This document shows, piece after piece, positions 41,512-50,760 of a stretch of DNA of 64,000 nt. Source of the DNA: Rhodospirillales bacterium (GTDB lineage: Bacteria > Pseudomonadota > Alphaproteobacteria > Kiloniellales > JAKSDN01); contig CBDDCC010000015.1 of NCBI GenBank assembly GCA_965225935.1, positions 85,521-149,520 on the forward strand, in the 5' to 3' direction. Position 1 is the first letter of the stretch; each line of letters opens with the position of its first letter. Position numbers and translations under genes: made by a program. The notes under the pieces were generated by a model. It worked only from the letters and a program-made list of their open reading frames with translations. It was not told where the DNA came from and did no database searches.

Positions 41512-41871
41512 ATGAGACCGCTACGTGGCGTACCGCTCGCGTTTCTCCTGGCGATCCTGCCGACCTGGAGCCTGGCTTGTGAGATCGGCCAAGTGCTGGA
41601 GCCCGGCGAGAGCTGCGAGCTGACCGTGCAGTGGGGGACCGACCACTGGATCGAGGCCCGCTTCCGCGACGGCCAGCCGCGCAAGGTGAGCATTGAGCAC
41701 CTGGAGGGCGACTGCCAGGTCTCCCTCTTCGGTCCGATCGAGACCGACGAGGTCATCATCGGCTCCGGCCAGGAGCCCGTGAGCCGTGCGCTCGAGGGCG
41801 AGTACCACCTCTTCACCCGCGCCATCGTGGTGGCGCGCCAGACCTGCCGCTTTCGGATTTCGGTCGAATGA
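41512..41871 (+). CDS. small exported Cys-containing protein, uncharacterised
   Basis: Internal ATG of track ORF 40693-41871; 119 aa. Signal MRPLRGVPLAFLLAILPTWSLA|C. Four Cys. Strong G/C third-position bias. Confidence 0.55.
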   Translation: MRPLRGVPLAFLLAILPTWSLACEIGQVLEPGESCELTVQWGTDHWIEARFRDGQPRKVSIEHLEGDCQVSLFGPIETDEVIIGSGQEPVSRALEGEYHLFTRAIVVARQTCRFRISVE

Positions 41872-41942
41872 CGGCGGGGCTCAAGAGACGGGCTGGAAGC
41901 GCCCTGCGCCGGCCGGCCTGAGCGCCCGAGAGGACGTCATCC

Positions 41943-42305
41943 ATGCCCATCACAATGCATACCATCACCCGCTACGCGGTCCAGGTCCTGACCAAGAAGT
42001 CCGGCGAGCAGGCCCAGTCCTACATCACCGTGCGGCTCTACGACGACGACAACTACAACCGCGGCACGGTGGTCTTCGCCGAGCACGGCCCCGACGGTCC
42101 GCCCAAGCCCAACGGCGACTACAAGGCGCAGACGGTCACCTCCTATCTGGAGCTGTCGCTCTACGAGGCCTACATGAACATCCTGCGCTTCGAGAACCCG
42201 GTCTATCTCAAGATCGGCTGGACCCAGCAGGCCCGGACCCGCAGCGTCGCCCAGGTGTCGATCGACACCAAGAAGGAAGTCATCGGCGACTATTTCGAGC
42301 ACTAG
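41943..42305 (+). CDS. uncharacterised cytoplasmic protein (120 aa)
   Basis: GAGAGGA lies 8 nt upstream of the ATG. Nearly all third positions are G/C with highly-expressed-gene-like codons. No signal peptide and no family I recognise. Confidence 0.65.
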   Translation: MPITMHTITRYAVQVLTKKSGEQAQSYITVRLYDDDNYNRGTVVFAEHGPDGPPKPNGDYKAQTVTSYLELSLYEAYMNILRFENPVYLKIGWTQQARTRSVAQVSIDTKKEVIGDYFEH

Positions 42306-42327
42306 ACGAACCGCGCCGGCCCACCTC

Positions 42328-42717
42328 ATGCCCGCCGTCGAGCAAGCCCCATTGGCGCGAGTCTGGCTGGGATCGGCCCTTGCGGGCCTGCTCTGCTGGC
42401 TGGTCTCCGCCGCCTCGAGCGGCGCCTACGACGCCGAGCCGGCGCGCACCCTCCGCCAGGTGGTCTACGACTACGCCGTCACCAGCTATTGCGGCCTGCT
42501 CACACCCGAGGTCGAGTTCGGCTTCAAGCGGGAGCTGGCCGCACTGACCGAGGAGAGCGGGCTCGACGCCGAGGAGGCCAAAGCCCAGCGCATCGCCGGC
42601 TGGGTCGACGCCGACCGGGAATGGAGCAACCGGGGCCTGGGCGGCTACCGCGCCTGGTGCGCAGAGGACGGCCTGCCGGCGGCCCGGCGCTTCCTACGAC
42701 ACGCGGCACCGGACTAG
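42328..42717 (+). CDS. uncharacterised exported protein (129 aa)
   Basis: N-terminal hydrophobic segment VWLGSALAGLLCWLVSAASSGA. Typical codon bias. No family recognised. Confidence 0.55.
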   Translation: MPAVEQAPLARVWLGSALAGLLCWLVSAASSGAYDAEPARTLRQVVYDYAVTSYCGLLTPEVEFGFKRELAALTEESGLDAEEAKAQRIAGWVDADREWSNRGLGGYRAWCAEDGLPAARRFLRHAAPD

Positions 42718-42758
42718 CGTTGCAGAGGATCGGCTTCCCGCCGGCCGGCCAAGAAATA

Positions 42759-42786
42759 GGGGAGCCTGGCGAAGGCCGGGCTCCCC
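42759..42786 (-). terminator. intrinsic terminator of the TPR-SPOR lipoprotein gene
   Basis: 12-bp stem GGGGAGCCTGGC / GCCGGGCTCCCC (one G-U pair) with a GAAG loop. On the minus strand it is followed by TATTTCTT. Lies 35 nt after the stop at 42821. Confidence 0.6.
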
Positions 42787-42820
42787 GAGAGAAAGAGAGG
42801 GTGCAGAATAGGGGAGGCGC

Positions 42821-44836
42821 TCAGCCGGCGTTCTCGGTCCCGTCGGCGCCGAGCAGGCTGGAGCGCTGGACGCGTCCACAAAAGCCGTCGGACTTGACCG
42901 TCTGGCAGATCTTGTCCACCAGGGCCTCGGCGGTTCCGGCACGCGAAGCCTTGACCGGCATGCAGTCGAGGCCCTTGGCCTGCAGGTCCTGGCAGAACTG
43001 CAGGGCCGCGGTCTCGTCGGTCATGGTGCCCGTGCGGACCCGGAAGACCGTGCCCATGGGCTCGCCCAGGTCGGCGCGCAGGATGAAGGCGTTCTGGCCT
43101 TCCAGCGCATCGCCGGCAGACGCGCGAAGCATCTCCCAGCCTTCCCGGGCGCGCTCGGCGCTGTAGTAGGAGGCGAGCTGGGCCGTATAGAACCAGCTGT
43201 CGTCCACCGGATAGCCCTGGGCGGCAATCGATGGGCCGCTTGCCGGCGCGCTCGCGAACTCGCCGTGGGGACCCTGCCGGGTCGCGCCCGCGAGCGTCGA
43301 GGGGGCCTCCTGCCGTGGCGCGTGGATCGCGTCATTGTTCGCCAGCTCCTCGCGCACGCTGGTGCGGGGGGCAGGCGGCACCTCGGCGACACTGGTGGCG
43401 AAGATGGCCTGGGCCGCCAGGGACCAGTTGGGCGAGGCCTCGAATTCGGGTTCGGACGCGGGCCGGCGGGCGGCGGCCTTGCGCTCGGTGCCGCGCGCTC
43501 CGGCCTTGGTGGAGTAGCGCGCCGGGCCGGCGAGCGGCACCGTCTCGGTGTTCCGGCTCCTGGTGGGCTGGGCGGTGGCCGTCGCGATCTGGGGCGCGGT
43601 CGCCTGAGGCGCGGTCGTTTGGGTCGCGGTCGTTTGAGTCGCGGTCTGGGCGGCCGGCCGCGAGTCGCCGGGACGGGGCGCCGGCGCGTCGGCCGGCGGA
43701 TTGGTCGCCGCGAAAATTTCCTGATCGATGGAGGGCGAGGTGGCGTAGTTCTGCTGTCGGGTCTCCGCCGGAGCGCTCGTCCCAGCGTTGGCCGCTGCGG
43801 CCGCTGCCAGCGGGACCGAGACGGAGCTGCCGCCGACTTGCGTGGATTCGACGGGCGCGGACTCGACGGGGGTGGTCGGGACGGGCTGGGGCGCGGCCTC
43901 GGAGCGCTGCTGGTAGGGCGCCAGCAGCGGCACGGGGCTGGCCGCCGGCTCGCTGTCGGCCGGGTTCGCGTCGCCGGTCGAGGGCGCCAGGGTCGAGAGG
44001 TCGTCGTCAGGCCACTCGCCGCGGTTGACGGGCTGCTCGTCGCCCTCGCTGACCTGGGGCTCGCTCGGGGCCTGCGGGACGCTGCCCACGGATTGGCTGG
44101 GGCTGGGGCTGGTGCTCAGCCCGGCCTGGTTCTGGGCGGCGATCTGGGCGGCCATCGCCAGATTGCGGCTGGCCATTGCCCCGGAGTCCGGTTCGGCGGC
44201 GACATCGCGCAGCATCTCCATACCCTCTTCGGAGTTGCCGGCGAGGACCATGGAGAGGCCGAGGTTGTTCCTGAGAGAGACGTTGCGCGGGCTGTGGTCG
44301 AGGCCCTGGCGGTAGTAGGACTGGGCCATCTGGTGCTGGCCCTGCTGGTCCATGACCACGCCGAGGGCGTTGTAGACCCGCGGGTCATCCGACTGCATCA
44401 GGACGGCGACCTCGAGCGGCTCCGCTGCCATGCCGTACTGTCTGCGGTCGATGTAGATCTTGCCGAGCCCGTAGAGGGCATCTGTCTCCTGCGGGTCGAT
44501 CAGCAGGGCCGCGCGGTAGGCCTCGATGGCGGACTCCGTGAGCTGCATGTCCTCGAGGACGCCGGCCAGGGCGATCAGGGGCTCGGGATTGGTCGGGTCG
44601 ACCTCGTGGGCCCGGTTGCAGATGCCGGCCGCCAGGTTGAGATCGCCGCGTTCGTGGAGCTTCTTGCAGTAGTCGAGCAGGGCGACAGCACGCTGCGAGG
44701 GGTCGTCCAGATCAGGTACGTCCGAGGTCTCCTTCCAGTCCTTCTGGTAGATCGTCGAACAGGCCGACACTGTCAGCGCCAGGCCGACGGCGGTCATGGT
44801 CTTGGAGAACACGCGAATGGGCCGTTTGGACGTCAT
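42821..44836 (-). CDS. TPR-repeat / SPOR-domain lipoprotein
   Basis: Track ORF 42821-45043 trimmed to ATG 44834-44836. Lipobox LTVSA|C. TPR repeats, then a long P/A/T/Q-rich linker. C-terminal SPOR-like FYTAQLASYYSAERAREGWEML...FRVRTG. Confidence 0.8.
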   Translation of the reverse strand: MTSKRPIRVFSKTMTAVGLALTVSACSTIYQKDWKETSDVPDLDDPSQRAVALLDYCKKLHERGDLNLAAGICNRAHEVDPTNPEPLIALAGVLEDMQLTESAIEAYRAALLIDPQETDALYGLGKIYIDRRQYGMAAEPLEVAVLMQSDDPRVYNALGVVMDQQGQHQMAQSYYRQGLDHSPRNVSLRNNLGLSMVLAGNSEEGMEMLRDVAAEPDSGAMASRNLAMAAQIAAQNQAGLSTSPSPSQSVGSVPQAPSEPQVSEGDEQPVNRGEWPDDDLSTLAPSTGDANPADSEPAASPVPLLAPYQQRSEAAPQPVPTTPVESAPVESTQVGGSSVSVPLAAAAAANAGTSAPAETRQQNYATSPSIDQEIFAATNPPADAPAPRPGDSRPAAQTATQTTATQTTAPQATAPQIATATAQPTRSRNTETVPLAGPARYSTKAGARGTERKAAARRPASEPEFEASPNWSLAAQAIFATSVAEVPPAPRTSVREELANNDAIHAPRQEAPSTLAGATRQGPHGEFASAPASGPSIAAQGYPVDDSWFYTAQLASYYSAERAREGWEMLRASAGDALEGQNAFILRADLGEPMGTVFRVRTGTMTDETAALQFCQDLQAKGLDCMPVKASRAGTAEALVDKICQTVKSDGFCGRVQRSSLLGADGTENAG

Positions 44837-45178
44837 GACACCTATTCCGAAATAGCTCCACCCATGACCCCCTGTTCGTCGCAGCGTCCCCGTCGTCATG
44901 GGATTTTCGGCTCGGGTGCGGCAGTATCGGAACCCATGATTAAATTTCTGTGAACGCCCTGGGGGAGAAATGCTTCGAATCCAAGCTATTAAGGGTGTTT
45001 TCCTTGGTCCAAAACAGGCTGGAAAGCGGCCGCGGAAACGCAATTTTAATTCTAGGAGCGGCCTATAGTTTTAGTGCTGGCTGCGCCGCGCGTTGCGCCG
45101 CGCGGAAGCCTGTGGCAAAAGGCTCGGCCCCGATTCTCGGGCAGATCGGAGTCGAAGATCCGCTCGAAAGGCTATGGC

Positions 45179-46441
45179 ATGGGCAATCGACGCTTCCCCC
45201 GGTCCCTGAACAGGTTTCTGAGCGGCCTGCTGCTGCTCGGCGCGGCGCTGGGTCTGGCGCCCGCCGTCGGCGTGTCGGTGGCCCTGGCGGAGACCGAGAC
45301 CGGGGCCCAGGCCCCCTTCGAGAACTGGCTTGCCGACTTCCGGGCCGAAGCGCTTGCCAAGGGCATCTCGCCGGCGACCCTCGACCGGGCCTTCGCCGGC
45401 GTCGAGCCGATCGATCGCATCCTGGAGCTGGACCGGCGCCAGCCCGAGTTCACCCAGACCTTCTGGAACTATTTCGACAAGCGGGTCACCGACACGCGCA
45501 TCGAGCGCGGGCGGGCCATGCTCGCGGCCCATGGGAGACTGCTCGAGGAGATCGAGCGCCGCTACGGCGTCCAGCGCCGCTTCCTGCTGGCCTTCTGGGG
45601 CCTGGAGACCAACTACGGCAGCTACCGGGGCGACTACCAGGTGGTCGCCGCCCTGGCGACCCTGGCCTACGACCGCCGGCGCAGCTCCTTCTTCCGGGGA
45701 CAGCTCCTGGACGCCTTGAAGATCATCGAGCAGGAGAAGATCGAGCCCGAGGCCATGGTCGGCTCCTGGGCGGGCGCCATGGGCCACGTCCAGTTCATCC
45801 CCTCGACCTACCTGGCCTACGCGGTCGACTACGACGGCGACGGCCGGCGCGACATCTGGGGCAGCCTGCCCGACGCGCTGGCGTCCGCCGCCAACTTCCT
45901 CTCGAACATCGGCTGGGACGGCGAGCGGACCTGGGGCCGCGAGGTGCGCCTGCCTGCCGACTTCCCCTGGGCCCAGGCCAGCCTCGACCAAAAGCGCAAG
46001 CTCGCAGAGTGGCAGGACCTCGGCGTGCGCCGGGCCGACGGGCGCGACCTGCCGCGGGTCGACATTCAGGCCTCCCTGATCCTGCCCGGCGGCCACAAGG
46101 GGCCCGCCTTCCTGGTCTACAGGAACTTCGGCGTCATCATGAACTGGAACCGCTCGGTGACCTACGCCATCTCGGTCGGGCACTTGGCCGACCGCCTCGC
46201 CGACGGGGATCCGCTGAAGACCCCGCGACCGGCCTCGGAGCGTCCCTTGAGCCGCAATGAGGTCGAGGAGCTGCAGGAGCGGTTGCTGGCCAAGGGCTAC
46301 GATCCGGGGACGCCAGACGGCGTGATCGGCCGCCAGACCCGGGCCGCCCTCAGGGCCTACCAGCAGGCCGCCGGGCTGCCGCCGGACGGCTATCCCAGCT
46401 ACGAGCTCCTGGAGAAGCTGCGCTCGAGCGAGGGCGGATGA
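45179..46441 (+). CDS. lytic murein transglycosylase (MltB/Slt35-like) with C-terminal peptidoglycan-binding domain
   Basis: Trimmed to ATG 45179; 420 aa. Blocks FLLAFWGLETNYG, GAMGHVQFIPSTY, DGDGRRDIW. C-terminal PG_binding_1-like GYDPGTPDGVIGRQTRAALRAYQ. Confidence 0.85.
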   Translation: MGNRRFPRSLNRFLSGLLLLGAALGLAPAVGVSVALAETETGAQAPFENWLADFRAEALAKGISPATLDRAFAGVEPIDRILELDRRQPEFTQTFWNYFDKRVTDTRIERGRAMLAAHGRLLEEIERRYGVQRRFLLAFWGLETNYGSYRGDYQVVAALATLAYDRRRSSFFRGQLLDALKIIEQEKIEPEAMVGSWAGAMGHVQFIPSTYLAYAVDYDGDGRRDIWGSLPDALASAANFLSNIGWDGERTWGREVRLPADFPWAQASLDQKRKLAEWQDLGVRRADGRDLPRVDIQASLILPGGHKGPAFLVYRNFGVIMNWNRSVTYAISVGHLADRLADGDPLKTPRPASERPLSRNEVEELQERLLAKGYDPGTPDGVIGRQTRAALRAYQQAAGLPPDGYPSYELLEKLRSSEGG

Positions 46442-46533
46442 CCTGGGCCGGGGTCTTGCGACGCGGGCAGGGGCCACGTAGACTCCACCATTCGGTGATG
46501 TCTGTCGGTCGATACCACAAAATGTTGGATTTT

Positions 46534-47484
46534 ATGCGTCCGGCATGGCGGACCTTCGCCCTGACCGCGGTCCTCTTCCTGGCCGCCTGCGCCGAGGCGG
46601 AGCTGGTTTCCCATGCCGCCAAGCAGGTTCAGCAGGAGCCGCCCGCGGGCGAGGCCGGCATCTACAAGGTCGGCAACCCCTACCAGGTGAACGGCGTCTG
46701 GTACTACCCGAAGGTCGACTACGGCTACCGGGAAACCGGGATCGCCTCCTGGTACGGACCCAACTTCCACGGCAACCTGACCGCCAACGGCGAGGTCTTC
46801 GATCAGCACCAGATGACGGCGGCGCACCGCACCCTGCCCATGCCCAGCCTGGTGCGGGTCACCAACCTGGACAACGGCCGCTCGGTCGAGGTGCGGGTGA
46901 ACGACCGCGGGCCGTTCAAGAACGGTCGCATCATCGATCTCTCGAGCCGCGCGTCGGAACTCCTGGGCTTCCAGAAAGCCGGCACGGCCAAGGTCCTGGT
47001 CGAGATCCTGGAGCCCGAAAGCCGCCAGCTCGCCTCGCTGCTGCAGACCCGCGAGGACGCCGGGTCGGCGCCCGAGGCGGCACCGGTGATCGCCGTCGAA
47101 TCCTCCGAGCTCGGCAAGGAGGTGAACGGTGCAGAGGTGCCCGTCCAGCCCCAGGTCACCAACGTCGAGACCGCGGCGACCGTGACCGAAGCCGTCCGGG
47201 CGCCGCTGGTCGAGCCGCAGCCGGACGGCAAGGTGACCCGCCGGGCGGTCCGACCCACCAGCATCTACGTCCAGGCAGGCGCCTTCCTGCGCCGGGACAA
47301 CGCCGTGCGCCTGGGCGCGCGTCTCGCCATCTTCGGGCCGACCTCCATCACCGAGAGCCTGCAGGGCTCCCAGCGCTTCTTTCGGGTGCGGCTCGGCCCG
47401 GTGCGGACGGTGGCGGACGCCGACCGCCTGCTGGCCAGCTTGATCGAGAACGGCCACAAGGACGCCAGGGTGGTGGTCGACTGA
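46534..47484 (+). CDS. rlpA: septal ring lytic transglycosylase RlpA-family lipoprotein with SPOR domain
   Basis: Lipobox LFLAA|C. DPBB block SWYGPNFHGNLTANGEVFDQHQMTAAHRTLPMPSLVRVTNLDNGRSVEVRVNDRGPF. C-terminal SPOR IYVQAGAF...FFRVRLGP. Start ATG 46534 (alternative 46522). Confidence 0.85.
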   Translation: MRPAWRTFALTAVLFLAACAEAELVSHAAKQVQQEPPAGEAGIYKVGNPYQVNGVWYYPKVDYGYRETGIASWYGPNFHGNLTANGEVFDQHQMTAAHRTLPMPSLVRVTNLDNGRSVEVRVNDRGPFKNGRIIDLSSRASELLGFQKAGTAKVLVEILEPESRQLASLLQTREDAGSAPEAAPVIAVESSELGKEVNGAEVPVQPQVTNVETAATVTEAVRAPLVEPQPDGKVTRRAVRPTSIYVQAGAFLRRDNAVRLGARLAIFGPTSITESLQGSQRFFRVRLGPVRTVADADRLLASLIENGHKDARVVVD

Positions 47485-47601
47485 GCTGTTTCCCAGCGCC
47501 GGAGCTGTGCTCGGGCTCGTAAATCAGTTTAAGAAGCGTGCATAATCTTTTGAAACAATGTAGATAATCCTCAATCGGCGATGCTCTTGCGAGGTGATGG
47601 G

Positions 47602-48798
47602 ATGGGCTTGAAGACGACGGGACGACAGCACGTCAACAGAGATCTCTCGGGCGGCGGCGGATCGGCTTGGCTGGGCGCCAGGGTCGCCGCGCTCGGGCTC
47701 ATCCTCGCGCTGGCGCTGACGGGCGGCGCCCAGGCGCTCGAGACTAAGGCGCGCGAAGCCATCCTGATGGACGCCACGACCGGCACGGTGCTGTTCGAGA
47801 AGAACGCCGACCAGCCCATGCCGCCGGCCTCCATGAGCAAGATCATGACCGTCTACATGGTCTTCGATCGCCTGAAGGAAGGCCGCCTGAGCTTCGACCA
47901 CACCCTTCCGGTCAGCGAGAAGGCCTGGCGGATGGGCGGCTCCAAGATGTTCGTCGAGGTCGGGACCGAGGTGCGCGTCGAGGACCTCCTGCGCGGCGTC
48001 ATCGTGCAGTCGGGCAACGACGCCTGCATCGTGCTGGCCGAGGGTCTCTCCGGCTCGGAGGCCGCCTTCGCCGAGGAGATGACGGAGAAGGCCCACGAGA
48101 TCGGCCTCACCAACTCTCAATTCGCCAATGCCACCGGCTGGCCCCATCCCGATCAGCGCATGTCGGCGCGCGACCTGGCAACGCTCGCGCTGCGCACCAT
48201 CCGGGATTTCCCCGACTACTATCAGTTCTACAGCGAGAAGGAGTTCACCTGGAGCGAGATCCGCCAGGGCAACCGCAACCCGCTGCTCTACAAGACCGTC
48301 GGTGCCGACGGCCTCAAGACCGGCCACACGGAGGAGGCGGGCTATGGCCTGACCGCCTCGGCGGTGCAGAACGGCCGGCGTCTGATCCTGGTGGTGACCG
48401 GGCTCGACTCCGTGCGCGACCGGGCCGAGGAGTCCGAGCGCCTAATGCGCTGGGGCTTCCGCGAGTTCAAGAACTACGAGCTGTTCCAGGCGGGCGAGAC
48501 CGTCGACCAGGCGGCCGTCTGGCTGGGCGAGACCGAGACCGTGCCCCTGGTGGCCAAGAAGGACGTCATCCTCACCCTGGCGCGCAACGCCCGCAAGGGC
48601 ATGAAGGTGAGCGTCACCTACGCCTCGCCGGTGCCGGCCCCGATCGAGGAGGGCCAGGAGATCGCCAAGCTGGTGGTCACGCCCTCGGAGGGCGAAACGG
48701 TGAGCTATCCCCTCTACGCCGGCACGGCGGTCGGCCAGAAGGGTCCCTTCGGGCGCATCGTCGCCGCCCTAGAGTTCCTGGTCTTCGGCGCGCCTTAG
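47602..48798 (+). CDS. D-alanyl-D-alanine carboxypeptidase (PBP5/6 class)
   Basis: SxxK ASMSKIMT, SxN SGND, KTG LKTGHT. ATG 47602 preferred (GAGGTG 6 nt upstream); the track start is 47581. Confidence 0.9.
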   Translation: MGLKTTGRQHVNRDLSGGGGSAWLGARVAALGLILALALTGGAQALETKAREAILMDATTGTVLFEKNADQPMPPASMSKIMTVYMVFDRLKEGRLSFDHTLPVSEKAWRMGGSKMFVEVGTEVRVEDLLRGVIVQSGNDACIVLAEGLSGSEAAFAEEMTEKAHEIGLTNSQFANATGWPHPDQRMSARDLATLALRTIRDFPDYYQFYSEKEFTWSEIRQGNRNPLLYKTVGADGLKTGHTEEAGYGLTASAVQNGRRLILVVTGLDSVRDRAEESERLMRWGFREFKNYELFQAGETVDQAAVWLGETETVPLVAKKDVILTLARNARKGMKVSVTYASPVPAPIEEGQEIAKLVVTPSEGETVSYPLYAGTAVGQKGPFGRIVAALEFLVFGAP

Positions 48799-48875
48799 CG
48801 CCCGATTTCGGGAACCCTCCCGATGGCCCCCGACCCGCATTGACGCGCCCCGGCGCGGCGGTCAGGATCGCCCGC

Positions 48876-49508
48876 ATGGCGGGGCGTTTCATCACGTTCG
48901 AAGGCGGGGAGGGGGCCGGCAAGTCGACCCACGTGGCCCGCCTGGCCGAGGCGCTCAGGGCGACCGGAAAGTCGGTGATCGAGACCCGCGAGCCGGGGGG
49001 CAGCCCGGGCGCCGAGGAGATCCGCGCGCTGCTGGTGCACGGCGACGTCGGTCGCTGGGACCCCATGACCGAGGCGCTGCTCCACTTCGCTGCCCGCCAC
49101 GACCACGTGAAGCGGGTGGTCCGGCCGGCGCTCGAAGCGGGCGACTGGGTGGTCTGCGACCGCTTCGCCGATTCCACCATGGCCTATCAGGGCTACGGGC
49201 ACCGCCTGGGCCGCTCGCCCATCGAGCAGCTCTATGCGCTCGCCGTCGGCGACCTCGAGCCCGACCTGACGCTGATCCTGGACCTGCCGGTGGACGTCGG
49301 CCTGGAGCGCGCCAAGAGCCGCGGCGGCGCCACCCGCTACGAGCGCATGGACAAGGCCTTCCACGAACGCCTGCGCAAGGGCTTCCTCGAGATCGCGGCT
49401 CGGACGCCCGAGCGCTCCGTGGTGATCGACGCCGCGCCCGCGTTGGAGGAAGTCGAGGCCGCGGTGCTGGCGGCGGTGCGCGCGCGCTTGGAGCCGGTGC
49501 TGCCATGA
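48876..49508 (+). CDS. tmk: thymidylate kinase
   Basis: Trimmed to the ATG giving MAGRFITFEGGEGAGKST (P-loop). DRFADSTMAYQG block. Stop overlaps the holB start. Confidence 0.9.
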   Translation: MAGRFITFEGGEGAGKSTHVARLAEALRATGKSVIETREPGGSPGAEEIRALLVHGDVGRWDPMTEALLHFAARHDHVKRVVRPALEAGDWVVCDRFADSTMAYQGYGHRLGRSPIEQLYALAVGDLEPDLTLILDLPVDVGLERAKSRGGATRYERMDKAFHERLRKGFLEIAARTPERSVVIDAAPALEEVEAAVLAAVRARLEPVLP

Positions 49509-50674
49509 GCGGCGAGACAGCGGACCGGTCGGCTCTGCCCGCACCCCGTGCCAATCCCGAGCTGCTGGGGCAAGAGGCGGCGGAGCGGGTGCTGGCGCGC
49601 GCCGCCGAAACCGGGAGGCTGCCCCACGCCTGGCTGCTGACCGGACCGCGGGGCGTCGGCAAGGCGACCCTCGCCTTCCGCTTCGCCCGCTATCTGCTGG
49701 CCCAGGGTTCGGGACCGGAGGGGGCCGGGGCCGCCGATGAGCCGGGCCTGTTCGGCGAAGCCGCCGAGCCGGCGGAGGCACACGTGGCAGGCCTGGCTAT
49801 ACCGCCCGAGCATCCCGTGTTCCGCCGGACCGCCGCGGGCGGGCATCCGGATCTCATGGTGCTGGAGCTCCAGGCCAACCCTAAGACCGGCAAGCCGCGC
49901 AGCGAGATCACCGTCGACCAGGTGCGCCGGGCCAACGAGTTCCTGCGCCTGACCCCGGCCGAGGGCGGCTGGCGGGTGGTCGTGGTGGACAGCGCCGACG
50001 CGCTCAACCCCAACGCCGCCAATGCCCTTTTGAAGGTCTTGGAGGAGCCCTCGCGCCAGTCCCTGCTGCTGCTGGTGAGCCACGCGCCGGGCCGTCTCCT
50101 GCCCACCATCCGCTCGCGCTGCTGCCACCTGGCGCTGGCGCCGCTGGGCGAGGCGGAAGTGGCGGGGCTGCTGGAGCGGGCTGCGCCGGAGCTGGCACCG
50201 GAGGACGCCGCGGCGCTCGCGCGCCTCGCCGACGGCAGCATCGGCCGCGCCTTGGAGCTGGCCGAGACCGGCGGGCTGGAGCTCTACGGCGAGCTGGTGG
50301 GGCTGCTCTCGGGCCTGGGCGGAGAGGGGGGGCAGCCGCCCGCGGGCTTCGACACCAAGCGCCTGCACGGCTTCACCGACCGTCTGTCGCGGGGCGCCGA
50401 CGCAAGCGCCTTCAAGGCCGGCCGGGACCTGCTGCTCTGGTGGCTGGCGCGGGTCCTGCGGGCTCGCACGCTCGGCCGCGCGCCGGCCGAGGTCACGGCC
50501 GGAGAGGGGGCCGTCGTCACGGGCCTGGCCGCGCGGGGCAGTCTTGCGGAATGGATCGCGCTGTGGGACAAGGTCAGCCAACTGATGGCCCGGGTCGAGA
50601 CCGCCAACCTGGACCGCAAGCAGGCCCTGCTCGCGGCCTTTCTGGAACTTGAGGCGCTGGCGCGCGCGGAGTGA
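49505..50674 (+). CDS. holB: DNA polymerase III delta-prime subunit
   Basis: GRLPHAWLLTGPRGVGKATLAFRFARYLL and VVVVDSADALNPNAANALLKVLEEP blocks. Conserved position after tmk. Confidence 0.85.
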   Translation: MSGETADRSALPAPRANPELLGQEAAERVLARAAETGRLPHAWLLTGPRGVGKATLAFRFARYLLAQGSGPEGAGAADEPGLFGEAAEPAEAHVAGLAIPPEHPVFRRTAAGGHPDLMVLELQANPKTGKPRSEITVDQVRRANEFLRLTPAEGGWRVVVVDSADALNPNAANALLKVLEEPSRQSLLLLVSHAPGRLLPTIRSRCCHLALAPLGEAEVAGLLERAAPELAPEDAAALARLADGSIGRALELAETGGLELYGELVGLLSGLGGEGGQPPAGFDTKRLHGFTDRLSRGADASAFKAGRDLLLWWLARVLRARTLGRAPAEVTAGEGAVVTGLAARGSLAEWIALWDKVSQLMARVETANLDRKQALLAAFLELEALARAE

Positions 50675-50760
50675 CCCCGACGGGCCTCCCCGCCGCGATG
50701 GGGGCGGCGGTGCGGGAACCGAGCTCGCGGGACGGCCGGACTGATACGGATGACAGCCCC

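Noticed and set aside
45082-45104. Tandem TGCGCCGCGCG(T) repeat in the divergent spacer before the transglycosylase gene
   Set aside because: It has only two short GC-only copies, which are easily produced by chance in this composition.
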